Shown: in pieces, positions 1 to 8,542 of the stretch
Layout: each line of letters begins with the position of its first letter
How positions within the stretch are numbered: position 1 is the first letter of the stretch
DNA from: Pseudomonas aeruginosa
Lineage (GTDB): Bacteria > Pseudomonadota > Gammaproteobacteria > Pseudomonadales > Pseudomonadaceae
NCBI RefSeq assembly: GCF_001457615.1
Contig: NZ_LN831024.1
Span: 6,210,001-6,242,000, forward strand
Direction of reading: 5' to 3'
DNA: 32,000 nt
The notes under the pieces: generated by a model
Database searches by the model: none
The model's input: the letters and a program-made list of their open reading frames with translations, nothing else
Told to the model about the DNA's origin: nothing
Program-made: the position numbers and the translations under genes

Positions 1-323
1 TCGCCCTCCAGACTGGCCGGCGGCGCGGCGAAGCGCTCCGCGCCGATGAACCAGTTCTTGCGCGCATGCCTTGCCCGGTAGGGGCTGGGGCAGATCCACT
101 GGATACCGCCGCACCAGCGCTCGGCGAGCGCTTCGGCGGCAGTGCCGCGCAGCCCCAGGAGCAGCGAACGCCAGGTGCGCGGACGCTCGCCGGCCACCTC
201 CTCGATTACCTCGACCTCGACGCCGGCTTGCGCCGCCTCGAGGCACAGCCGCTCGAACGCCTTCGCCACCGCCAGGCAGCATTCCGCCGGCCCCTGGGCC
301 GCGGAGAGTTGCAGCAGGATCAT
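1..323 (-). CDS. prfH: Peptide chain release factor H (PrfH), N-terminal ~107 codons; the 3' part lies beyond the window edge
   Basis: This frame is absent from the ORF track because it runs off the window. My own translation from the ATG at 323..321 gives MILLQLSAAQGPAECCLAVAKAFERLCLEAAQAGVEVEVIEEVAGERPRTWRSLLLGLRG..., the characteristic PrfH N-terminus. Its ATG overlaps the armZ stop codon (ATGA at 323..320). Confidence 0.85.
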   Translation of the reverse strand, partial: MILLQLSAAQGPAECCLAVAKAFERLCLEAAQAGVEVEVIEEVAGERPRTWRSLLLGLRGTAAEALAERWCGGIQWICPSPYRARHARKNWFIGAERFAAPPASLEG

Positions 324-1459
324 CGGCAGCACTCCCCACGGGTCTTGTAGGTCAGCACCGGCTTCAGGCGGGCGACCAGGCGCAGCAGGCCGGCTTCGAG
401 CAGCGCGCCGACCACCGAGTCGATACCCTTGTAGGCTTCCGGCGCTTCCTCGTAGATCAGTTGGCGGTCGCCACAGATCACCCTGCTGCCAAGGCGCGTA
501 CGGCCCAACTGGTCGACGCTGAAGCGCGCCGCCAGACGCTCCCGACACTCGCCGCGCTGCCATTTGCGACCGGCGCCGTGGGCCAGGGAGAACAGGCTCT
601 GCGCGCTCGGCACAGGCTCCACCAGGTAGCTGTAGTCGCCGCGCGAGCCGGGGATCACCAGCACGCCCTGGTCGGCCGGGGTGGCGCCCTTGCGGTGCAG
701 CCAGCCGTCGACGCCATCGACCTGTGCCGGCGCCACCAGGTTGTGGTTGATGTCGAGCAGTTCCAGGCCGTCGCAGCGCAAGCGTTCGAGAATGCGCCGG
801 GCGATGAGCTGGCGGTTACCCTCGGCGAAGCGCAGCGCATCGGCGTGGCGCGCCAGGTAGGCGGAAGCTTCCAGGCTGCCGTCGAGCAGGCCGGCGTGGC
901 CATGCAGGCTGACCTGCTCTTGCAGGATCGCCTGGCCGAGACCGCGCGAGCCACTGTGCACCAGCAGTTGCAGGCGGCCGGCATCGAGGCCGAGGGCGTG
1001 CAGGGCGGCCTGGTCGAACACGGTCTCGACCTGCTGTAGCTCGGCGAAGTGGTTGCCGCCACCGATCGTGCCGAGCGCGCGCCAGTGCTCGCGGGCCGGT
1101 AGATCCAGGGCTTCGATGCAGTCGCTCCAGGTCTCGTCCAGCGGCAGGTCGAGATTGCCCAGGCGCTTTTCCAGTTTGTCCGCCGACAGCTTGCCGGGGG
1201 CCAGGCCGGTTTCCCACAGGGCCATGCCACAGCCGATGTCGTTGCCGACCAGCGCCGGATAGAAGCGACCGACGGAGAAGAACGCCGCGCCGACCGGATA
1301 GCCGCGGCCGGGATGCAGGTCCGGGAGACCGACGACGCGGCACATGCCGTCCAGTTCGGCGGTGGTTTGCAGTTGCTGGATCGCCTTGCCTTCGATCCAG
1401 GTGCTGTCCGAGGCGATCAGTGCGACGCCCGCGGACAAAGGCTTGATGTAGTTGCCCAT
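320..1459 (-). CDS. armZ: RtcB-family RNA ligase paralogue, ArmZ (MexZ anti-repressor, PA5471 homologue)
   Basis: ORF 320..1519 carries RtcB signature motifs: GNDIGCGM, GGGNHFAELQ, HSGSRGLG, INHNLV, PGSRGDYSY and SLAHGAGRKW. I prefer the ATG at 1459 (MGNYIKPLS..., 379 aa). That start leaves a 367-nt leader up to the upstream gene, which matches my memory of the published leader length. The ATG at 1471 is an alternative. Confidence 0.9.
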   Translation of the reverse strand: MGNYIKPLSAGVALIASDSTWIEGKAIQQLQTTAELDGMCRVVGLPDLHPGRGYPVGAAFFSVGRFYPALVGNDIGCGMALWETGLAPGKLSADKLEKRLGNLDLPLDETWSDCIEALDLPAREHWRALGTIGGGNHFAELQQVETVFDQAALHALGLDAGRLQLLVHSGSRGLGQAILQEQVSLHGHAGLLDGSLEASAYLARHADALRFAEGNRQLIARRILERLRCDGLELLDINHNLVAPAQVDGVDGWLHRKGATPADQGVLVIPGSRGDYSYLVEPVPSAQSLFSLAHGAGRKWQRGECRERLAARFSVDQLGRTRLGSRVICGDRQLIYEEAPEAYKGIDSVVGALLEAGLLRLVARLKPVLTYKTRGECCR

Positions 1460-1826
1460 AATCCAATCCATGTGATTGAAACGGTAGATCCGGGGGGCAG
1501 ACCGAAGCCGAGCGGGCACTCGCGGAAGGGCGAAGGGCGTCTAACGGAGAAGTGAAAACCTGGGGAGCGGTGACCGCGGCAGCCGATGACCTCTCGCCGG
1601 AAGCTTGCGCGGACGCAAGGGCGGGAATCGTTCAGCGGTGCAGGGGGTCGAGCGGTAGGTTTCGGTGGCCGTTAGGCCAGGCGCAGCCTGCAAAGGGTAG
1701 AGAACTGAATCATCGATGTAACCTCCTTTGCGGTGCGTAAGTGGGGGAAATGAAGGGCGAATCCTAGGCGTTTCATTCCCACCGCGCAAGCCCCGGAAAG
1801 GCTTCGCGATGGAAATGAGCGGCGCA
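1460..1826 (-). promoter_or_regulatory. armZ-prfH leader (translation-coupled attenuator region containing the leader ORF)
   Basis: A 367-nt untranslated gap separates the PA5472-like stop from the armZ start. It contains a short ORF with a strong Shine-Dalgarno sequence, followed by about 210 nt of GC-rich self-complementary sequence, for example CTTGCGtccgCGCAAG on the minus strand. This agrees with the published ribosome-stalling control of PA5471. Confidence 0.7.
1672..1713 (-). CDS. 13-codon leader peptide MIQFSTLCRLRLA (PA5471.1-type)
   Basis: The minus strand reads AAGGAGGttacatcgATGATTCAGTTCTCTACCCTTTGCAGGCTGCGCCTGGCCTAA. The Shine-Dalgarno sequence is near-perfect and sits 8 nt from the ATG. 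The ORF is 13 codons plus a stop, the length I recall for the armZ leader peptide. Confidence 0.8.
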   Translation of the reverse strand: MIQFSTLCRLRLA

Positions 1827-2621
1827 TCACTGCGCCGAAAGAGCCTGCACGGCGCCGGGCACCTCGCTGTTCCAGCGCTGGTAGAGCGCCCGCAGCTCGC
1901 CGGACGCCGCCATCTGCCGTACCCGCGCGTCGTAGACCTCGCGCAGGAGCCGGCCGCTGGCGCTGTCGGCGAAGGTCATGAAGGACTCCTTGCCGGGCGG
2001 CAGTTGCGCGATCGGGTAGGCGTCGGCCGGCAGATGCGCTTCGCTGCGCTGCTTTTCCAGTTCGTCCGGCTCGTCGAGGAAGAAATCCAGCTCGCCGTTC
2101 TGGACCTGCTCGGTGCAACGCTCGGGGCGGACGCACTCGACCAGGGTGAAGTCGCGCTGCTCCGCGGGGATCAGGTTGTAGCTGTGGCGCCAGCCGACGC
2201 GCTTGCCGGTGAGGCTGGCGCGGCCGGAAAAGGGCGTCTTCGCCGCATGCATCACGCCGTGGTACTCGATGTCGATCGGCAACTGGGCGTACAGCTTGCC
2301 CTCAACGCCGGGGATCTCGCCCGGCACGCCATCGACCATGGAGCCCGCGGTCATCAGCTTGTTGGCGCGGTTCCAGGGCATGTTGATGAATTTCACGTCG
2401 AGCCCGTAGGGCGCATAGACCTGCTTCAGCAGGTCCCAGTACAGACCGCTGCCGTCGGCGTTGGTATAGCCTTCCCAGGCCGGCGCGGCGAAGGTCGCCT
2501 TGCGGATGTGCGCCTGCTCCAGGCTATCGCCCAGCGCATCGGCCTGAACCACCGGCGCTCCCCCTACCCCGAGCGCCAACACCGCTGCCGAGAGGCAGCC
2601 ACTGATCCCCGAAAATCGCAT
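1827..2621 (-). CDS. Secreted periplasmic solute-binding-like protein (family-3 SBP-like), function unknown (PA5472 homologue)
   Basis: Lies within ORF 1827..2927. The internal start at 2621 gives MRFSGISGCLSAAVLALGVGGAPVVQADA, a signal peptide, and is preceded by GAGGAG. High-GC3 codon usage continues through the frame. Total length is 264 aa. Confidence 0.75.
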   Translation of the reverse strand: MRFSGISGCLSAAVLALGVGGAPVVQADALGDSLEQAHIRKATFAAPAWEGYTNADGSGLYWDLLKQVYAPYGLDVKFINMPWNRANKLMTAGSMVDGVPGEIPGVEGKLYAQLPIDIEYHGVMHAAKTPFSGRASLTGKRVGWRHSYNLIPAEQRDFTLVECVRPERCTEQVQNGELDFFLDEPDELEKQRSEAHLPADAYPIAQLPPGKESFMTFADSASGRLLREVYDARVRQMAASGELRALYQRWNSEVPGAVQALSAQ

Positions 2622-2980
2622 CCGCACCACTCCTCTGTATCCCTCTAGACCGGGGCTTTTTAAAAGGTGCAAAGGATACCCTTCCTGTCGGCTAATTCCA
2701 TGGCCTGTGGCGCAAACGCATGCATCGAACGGAAGGCGAAAAAATCTTCGCCGTTTCCCGGCGCGCACGCTTGAATGAAGGGTAGGCGCCCTGCCGCTCG
2801 GGCTGCCGAGACGAACTCCCGCGGGGGGCGCCTGTCCAAATATGACGTTCGTGTTACAACTCGCCTGAACGCTGCCTTTCCATCGTGGCCGTTGGCGCCG
2901 TTGTCCGGGCTCCGCGGCGCAACGCACGCGGAACCTGGCGCGAGGTTGGCCATTCGTCGTAGTGCCAGGGGGGCCACGCC

Positions 2981-4729
2981 ATGCTGAAACTGCTCGACCT
3001 GCTCTCTGCCGTCGCCCTGCTGGTGTGGGGCACGCATATCGTCCGCACCGGAATCCTCCGGGTCTACGGCGCCGACCTGCGGCGCATCCTCAGTCGCAGC
3101 GTGGAAAAACGCCCGCTGGCGTTCGCCGCCGGCATCGGCGTCACCGCCCTGGTGCAAAGCAGCAACGCCACCGCCCTGCTGGCCACCTCCTTCGTCGCCC
3201 AGGGCCTGATGGCACTGGCGCCGGCCCTGGCGATCATGCTCGGCGCCGATGTCGGCACCGCGCTGATGGCGCGGGTGCTGACCCTCGACCTGTCGTGGCT
3301 TTCGCCATTGCTGATCTTCTTCGGCGTGATTTTCTTCCTCAGCCGCAAACAGACCCGCCTCGGCCAGCTCGGCCGGGTATTCATCGGCCTCGGCCTGATC
3401 ATCCTGGCGCTCCAGCTGATCGTCGCCGCCGCCGAGCCGATGACCCAAGCCAAGGGCGTCAAGGTACTGTTTTCCAGCCTGACCGGCGACATCATGCTCG
3501 ACGCGCTGACCGGCGCGTTGTTCGCCATGATTTCCTATTCCAGCCTGGCCGCCGTGCTGCTTACCGCGACCCTCGCCGCGTCCAAGGTGATCTCGCTGAA
3601 AGTCGCGCTGTGCCTGGTGGTCGGCGCCAACCTCGGCAGCGGCATCCTGGCCATGCTCAGCGCCACCGCGCAAAACGCCGCCGGTCGCCGGGTGGCCCTC
3701 GGCAGCCTGTTGTTCAAGGTCGCCGGCTGCCTGTTGGTGCTGCCCCTGGTGGGGCCGCTGGCGGACTGGATGGATCACTGGCAGTTCAGCACAGCCGAAC
3801 TGGTGATCGCCTTCCACGTGCTCTACAACGCCGCGCGCTGCCTCGCCTGCCTGCCGCTGACCAACGCCATGGCCAGCTTCTGCACCCGTGTGATGCCCGA
3901 CCGTGCCCTTCCCGACGACGTCGCCCGGCCGCGCCATCTCGACCCCGCCGCCCTCGACACGCCGAGCCTGGCGCTGGCCAACGCGGTGCGCGAGACCCTG
4001 CGCATGGGCGACACCGTCGAGCAGATGCTGAACAATCTGATGCAGATCATCCGCGGCGGCGATCCGCTGCTCGGCAAGGACATCCGCAAGCTCGACGACG
4101 ACGTCGACGCCCTCTACACCGCGATCAAGCTGTATCTGGCAAGGATGCCGCGCGAGGACCTGTCCGAACGCGACAGCCGGCGCTGGGCGGAGATCATCGA
4201 GCTGGCGATCAACCTGGAGCAGGCCGGCGACATCATCGAGCACATGCTCGCCGCCGTGCAGGACAAGAAGACCTCGCGCAGCCGCTCGTTCTCCGACACC
4301 GGCCTGGAAGAGATCGGCACCCTGTACCAGCAGTTGGTCTCCAACCTGCGCCTGGGTCTCTCGGTGTTCCTCAACGGCGACCTCGACAGCGCCAAGCGCC
4401 TGCGCCGGGCCAAGCAGCGCTTCCGTCTGCAGGAACGGCGCTACGCCCATGCCCATGTCGACCGCCTGCACCAGCAGGTGGTACAGAGCATCGAGACCAG
4501 CTCGCTGCACCTGGACCTGATCAGCGACATGAAGCGTCTCAACTCGCTGTTCTGCGCCATCGCCTACGCCGTGCTGGACAATCCAGACGCGCCGAGCAGC
4601 GCGGCCGACGAGGGCACTCGGCGGGACGAGGACGACTGGGCCGACGAAGTCGACGACATGACCTCGGCGCCGCTGGCCGAGCCAGCGCTCGCCGAGGAGC
4701 GAGCGGAAACGCGCCGTTCGCGACATTAG
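2981..4729 (+). CDS. Na+/phosphate cotransporter family protein (NptA/YjbB-like) with a C-terminal PhoU-like helical region
   Basis: 582-aa ORF. The N-terminal half is polytopic membrane sequence with duplicated QSSNAT/GANLGS-type motifs typical of Na/Pi cotransporters. The C-terminal half is a soluble helical region resembling PhoU repeats. Confidence 0.88.
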   Translation: MLKLLDLLSAVALLVWGTHIVRTGILRVYGADLRRILSRSVEKRPLAFAAGIGVTALVQSSNATALLATSFVAQGLMALAPALAIMLGADVGTALMARVLTLDLSWLSPLLIFFGVIFFLSRKQTRLGQLGRVFIGLGLIILALQLIVAAAEPMTQAKGVKVLFSSLTGDIMLDALTGALFAMISYSSLAAVLLTATLAASKVISLKVALCLVVGANLGSGILAMLSATAQNAAGRRVALGSLLFKVAGCLLVLPLVGPLADWMDHWQFSTAELVIAFHVLYNAARCLACLPLTNAMASFCTRVMPDRALPDDVARPRHLDPAALDTPSLALANAVRETLRMGDTVEQMLNNLMQIIRGGDPLLGKDIRKLDDDVDALYTAIKLYLARMPREDLSERDSRRWAEIIELAINLEQAGDIIEHMLAAVQDKKTSRSRSFSDTGLEEIGTLYQQLVSNLRLGLSVFLNGDLDSAKRLRRAKQRFRLQERRYAHAHVDRLHQQVVQSIETSSLHLDLISDMKRLNSLFCAIAYAVLDNPDAPSSAADEGTRRDEDDWADEVDDMTSAPLAEPALAEERAETRRSRH

Positions 4730-4797
4730 CCGTTCTGCGGGTAGGTTCGTCATGAAGCATCCGCTATTCTCGGTATTTTCAGTTCCAGGCTCGGCCC

Positions 4798-6171
4798 ATG
4801 CGTTCGTTGTCCACCCTGCTGCTGTTCTGCCTGCTCTGCCCCTGGTCGTACGCCGACCAGCGCAGCGAGGTCGAAGCCTTCCAGCTGGAAAACGGCATGG
4901 GCGTGCTGCTCAAGCCCACCGAGCAGCACCGGCACGTCTCGATCCGGCTGGTGGTGGGGGTCGGTTTCGCCGACTTCTCGTGCCGTGAAAAGCAGCTGCC
5001 GCACCTGCTCGAGCACCTGTTCTTCAGCGGCCTGGACGGCGGCGACGAGGCCGACCTGGAAGCCCGCATGCAGGCCCTCGGCGGACAATGGAACGCCTAC
5101 ACCAGCGAAGGCGACACCACCTTCGTCATCGAGGCACCTGCCGCCACCCAGCGGCAGGTCCTAGACCTGCTGCTGGACACCATCACCCGCACCGAACTGG
5201 ACGAGCCGCGCATCGCCGCCGCCAAGCGAGTGATCGAGCGCGAAGGCGGCGGCCATTACTCGCACCTGCAGCGCTGGCTCGACCGCGAGAACCTGGGCCG
5301 TGGCGCCATGGACCAACTGGCGGTGGAACTGGGCCTGGCCTGCTCCCAGCGCGCGCCGCTGGCGCCGCTTGGCGCGGAGCAGCTGGAGCGGCTGCGCAGC
5401 GACTGGTACGTACCGGGCAACATGACCCTGATCCTGGTCGGTGACCTCGATCCGCGCCTGCCGGCCTATCTGACCCGGACCTTCGGCACCCTGGAAGACC
5501 ACGAGCTCCCCGAGCGCCGCGAGCTGCCGGCGGCCAACGGGCATGCCGAGGCCAGGCGCACCCTGATCACCCGGCCATTCGGCGAGGGTGCGACGCTGCA
5601 CTGGATCTATCCGGAGCCGGACGACGCCGACCCGGACGCCATGGTCCTGCTCCAGGCCTATATGAACGACGCGCTGTACGCCGACCTGCGTGTGCGTCGC
5701 GGACTCACCTACGGGCCATCGACCGATCGCCAGGTGTTCGCCAACCAGGGCTTCTTCAGCCTCGACGCGGATGTCGAGCGCAGCGACCTACCCGCCACCG
5801 AGGCCGCCCTGCGCGAGTTGCTCGACGGCATCCGCCAGCATGGCCTGGACCCGGGGCGTTTCAAGCGGGTGCAATTCGCCGAGCGCGCCAGGCTGGCCTG
5901 GAGCACCCAGGGCAACGCGGCGCTGGCGGACTATTACTGGGGCTCGCTGGCCGACTACGAGGACGGCCATTTCCCCAATGAGGAGCGCCGCCTGGCGAAG
6001 GTCAGCCTGCAACAGGCGAACGCGCTGGCGAAGCGGCTGTTCGACGGCGAAGGCTACCTGCGCATCGAAAAGCCGCTATTCGACGACGACATGCTCTACC
6101 CATTGCTGCTCGCCGCCGGTCTCCTGGCCAGCGGCCTGCTCTGGTTCGGCCTGCGCCGCCGGCGCGCCTGA
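4798..6171 (+). CDS. M16 (pitrilysin/insulinase) family zinc peptidase with signal peptide and C-terminal membrane anchor
   Basis: 457 aa. The N-terminal signal peptide is MRSLSTLLLFCLLCPWSYA. The inverted zinc motif HxxEH is present as LPHLLEHLFF. The C-terminus has a hydrophobic helix, LYPLLLAAGLLASGLLWFGL, followed by RRRRA. Confidence 0.85.
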   Translation: MRSLSTLLLFCLLCPWSYADQRSEVEAFQLENGMGVLLKPTEQHRHVSIRLVVGVGFADFSCREKQLPHLLEHLFFSGLDGGDEADLEARMQALGGQWNAYTSEGDTTFVIEAPAATQRQVLDLLLDTITRTELDEPRIAAAKRVIEREGGGHYSHLQRWLDRENLGRGAMDQLAVELGLACSQRAPLAPLGAEQLERLRSDWYVPGNMTLILVGDLDPRLPAYLTRTFGTLEDHELPERRELPAANGHAEARRTLITRPFGEGATLHWIYPEPDDADPDAMVLLQAYMNDALYADLRVRRGLTYGPSTDRQVFANQGFFSLDADVERSDLPATEAALRELLDGIRQHGLDPGRFKRVQFAERARLAWSTQGNAALADYYWGSLADYEDGHFPNEERRLAKVSLQQANALAKRLFDGEGYLRIEKPLFDDDMLYPLLLAAGLLASGLLWFGLRRRRA

Positions 6172-6176
6172 CCGGG

Positions 6177-6737
6177 CTACAGGGCCAGGCGGTGGATGAC
6201 CTGGGTCGAGTCGTCCGGGTCGCGCTGGCCGACGAAGCCCAGTGCGCAACAAAGGTCGCGCATCGCCCGGTTGGCCGCCGAGTCCACCGAATACATCTGG
6301 CGGAAGCCGTTGCGCCGCGCCACGTCGATCAGATGGCGCATCAGCACGGCGTCGAGGCCCAGACCCTGGTAGTCGTCGGCGATGGTTACCGCGCATTCGC
6401 ACTGCCCTTCCTCGCAGCAGGCGGCGTAGCGGCTGATACCGACCTCGCGCAGCTCACCGTCCTCGTGCACCAGGGCAACGAAGGCCATACTCTGCTGGTA
6501 GTCGATGTCCATCAGTTGATCGAGCAGCGCCGGGCTGGCTTCCTTGATCTCGCCGAGGAAGCGGAAGTGGCGGGTCGCCGGGGACAGCCGGTTGATGAAC
6601 TGGCGTTCGCGCTCCCGGTCCTCCTCGCGCAGGGGACGGATCAGCACGTGGCGGCCATCGTCGAGGGACTCGACCCAATGGTCGCCCTCTACCGCCGCGA
6701 ACGCGGAAGACCGGCTGGCATTTTGTACATTGGACAT
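6177..6737 (-). CDS. GNAT-family acetyltransferase resembling the stand-alone GNAT domain of Pat/YfiQ-type protein acetyltransferases
   Basis: ORF 6177..6773. The ATG at 6737 (MSNVQNASRS...) has a GGAG 9 nt upstream. The sequence VLIRPLREEDRERERQFINRLSPATRHFRFLG, together with the later acetyl-CoA-binding-type region, resembles Pat-type GNAT domains. Confidence 0.8.
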   Translation of the reverse strand: MSNVQNASRSSAFAAVEGDHWVESLDDGRHVLIRPLREEDRERERQFINRLSPATRHFRFLGEIKEASPALLDQLMDIDYQQSMAFVALVHEDGELREVGISRYAACCEEGQCECAVTIADDYQGLGLDAVLMRHLIDVARRNGFRQMYSVDSAANRAMRDLCCALGFVGQRDPDDSTQVIHRLAL

Positions 6738-6755
6738 GATGCGATCTCCAGGAAG

Positions 6756-6785
6756 GGAAGGAAGTCGGTACAACCACTTCCTTCC
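6756..6785 (-). terminator. Perfect 10-bp hairpin (GGAAGGAAGT / ACTTCCTTCC, 10-nt loop) between the citA stop and the GNAT gene start
   Basis: Read directly from the sequence. It lies about 95 nt downstream of the citA stop on the minus strand and is followed by CUUCCUGG. There is no long U-run, so its role as a terminator is uncertain. Confidence 0.4.
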
Positions 6786-6879
6786 TGTCTACGCGGTTTG
6801 GCGCAGCTCCGGTTGATCGACATCAACGCCGCCGCCGCAGCCCCGGCGGGAGCCGACGCACGGCATGCGGCGAAACGCC

Positions 6880-8169
6880 TCAGGCGTTGGCCAGCTCGGC
6901 CTCGGCGATCTCCTTGCCGCGCCGGCGGAACAGCACCAGGGTGGCGAGCAGCCCCAGCAGCGCCGCGCCACTGAGCCAGATGCCCGGGGCCGCGCGGTTG
7001 TCCAGGGTGTGGATCAGCCAGGTGCAGACCGCCGGGGTGAAACCACCGAAGGTCGCCGTAGCCAGGCTGTAGGCGAGGGAGAAACCGGTAGTGCGCACGT
7101 CCGCCGGCATCACCTCGGTCAACGCCACCACCATCGCGCCGTTGTAGCTGCTGTAGAGGAACGACAGCCACAACTCGACGCCGAGCAGGCCGGCGAAACT
7201 CGGCTCGCGGACCAGCCAGGACAGCGCCGGGTAGGCGGTCAGCAGTGCCAGCGCGGAGGCACCCAGCAACAATGGCTTGCGCCCGATGCGGTCGGAGAAC
7301 GCGCCCATCACCGGCAGCCAGATGAAGTTGGACAGGCCGATGCACATGGTCACCAGCAGGCTGTCGAGGTCCGACAGTTGCAGTTCGTTCTTGCCGAAGG
7401 TCGGCGTGTAGGCGGTGATCAGGTAGAACGATACGGTGGTCATCACCACCATCGCGGTACCGGCCAGCACTACGCCGAAGTTCTGCCCGATGGAGCGCAG
7501 CACCTGCGACAGCGACGGTCGGTGGGTGCGCGCCTCGAACTCCGGCGTTTCCTCCAGCGAGCGACGGATGACGAACAGCGCCGGAACGATCAGGCAGCCG
7601 ATGAAGAACGGCACGCGCCAGCCCCATTCGCCCATGTCCTGCGGGCTCAGCCACTGGTTGAGGAGCACGCCGAGCAGGCCGGCGAAAACCACCGCGACCT
7701 GCTGGCTGGCCGACTGCCAACTGACGAAGAAGCCTTTGCGTCCTGGCGTGGCGATCTCCGACAGGTAGACCGAAACCCCTCCCAGCTCGACGCCGGCGGA
7801 AAAACCCTGCAGGAGCCGGCCGAACAGCACCAGCAACGGCGCCGCCACGCCCAGCGTGGCATAGCCGGGAACGAAGGCGATCAGCAGGGTGCCCATGGCC
7901 ATCAGGCCGAGGGTGATGATCAGGCCCTGGCGGCGGCCGTGGCGATCGATGTAGGCGCCCAGGAACACCGCACCCAGCGGCCGCATCAGGAAGCCGGCGC
8001 CAAAGGTGGCGAGGGACAGCATCAGGGAGGCGAACGGGTTGTCGCCGGGGAAGAAGGTCTTGGCGATGGCGGTGGCGTAGAAGCCATACACCATGAAGTC
8101 GTACATCTCGAGGAAGTTGCCACTGACCACACGGAAAATGGCGACACCTTTGGATTTATTAGAGGCCAT
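6880..8169 (-). CDS. citA: MFS metabolite:H+ symporter (MHS) family transporter, citrate/tricarboxylate-type (PA5476 homologue)
   Basis: ORF 6880..8178. The first in-frame ATG is at 8169 ([12 protein letters not shown]...). The protein has 12-TM MFS architecture with MHS-type motifs such as [12 protein letters not shown]. Confidence 0.85.
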   Translation of the reverse strand: MASNKSKGVAIFRVVSGNFLEMYDFMVYGFYATAIAKTFFPGDNPFASLMLSLATFGAGFLMRPLGAVFLGAYIDRHGRRQGLIITLGLMAMGTLLIAFVPGYATLGVAAPLLVLFGRLLQGFSAGVELGGVSVYLSEIATPGRKGFFVSWQSASQQVAVVFAGLLGVLLNQWLSPQDMGEWGWRVPFFIGCLIVPALFVIRRSLEETPEFEARTHRPSLSQVLRSIGQNFGVVLAGTAMVVMTTVSFYLITAYTPTFGKNELQLSDLDSLLVTMCIGLSNFIWLPVMGAFSDRIGRKPLLLGASALALLTAYPALSWLVREPSFAGLLGVELWLSFLYSSYNGAMVVALTEVMPADVRTTGFSLAYSLATATFGGFTPAVCTWLIHTLDNRAAPGIWLSGAALLGLLATLVLFRRRGKEIAEAELANA

Positions 8170-8542
8170 GGGACACACACTCAGGCAGACACGGGGAAGC
8201 GGTCCATGGCGGCGTCGATGGCCACGCAGGCGGGTACGTCATCCATCGACCGAGTTGTAACCATATGTGTAAAAACTCCTGTCGAACAATCTAAAATTGC
8301 CCGAAAGGTGCGAATTGAAGGGGTTTGAAAGGCTGTCGAAAGCTTCGCGACCATCGGTCGGGAAAGCGACGCCTTTTTCCCTGGTCGACCTCCAGAAAGG
8401 AGAGCGGAGCCTCTGTCGGGCGAAGGAAACATTCGCCACGCGGCAGCTGTCCTTCGTTCATACCCAGGAAACCCGGCCGGGGTTATGCTGCGCGCCCCGG
8501 CCGGCTGGCCGAGCAGCTCCGATCGAGAACCCGCTGGTCCCC

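Noticed and set aside
2678-2712. Possible Pho box (CTGTCGGCTAATTCCATGGCCTGTGG) upstream of the Na/Pi cotransporter gene
   Set aside because: Only the first half-site resembles CTGTCAT. The second 7-mer, at the required 11-bp register, does not match.
2660-4753. 697-aa ORF on the minus strand covering the whole Na/Pi cotransporter gene
   Set aside because: It is antisense to a gene with clear family identity. The product is an Arg/Gly/Ala/Gln/His-rich low-complexity string with no motifs. Long stop-free antisense frames are expected in DNA this GC-rich.
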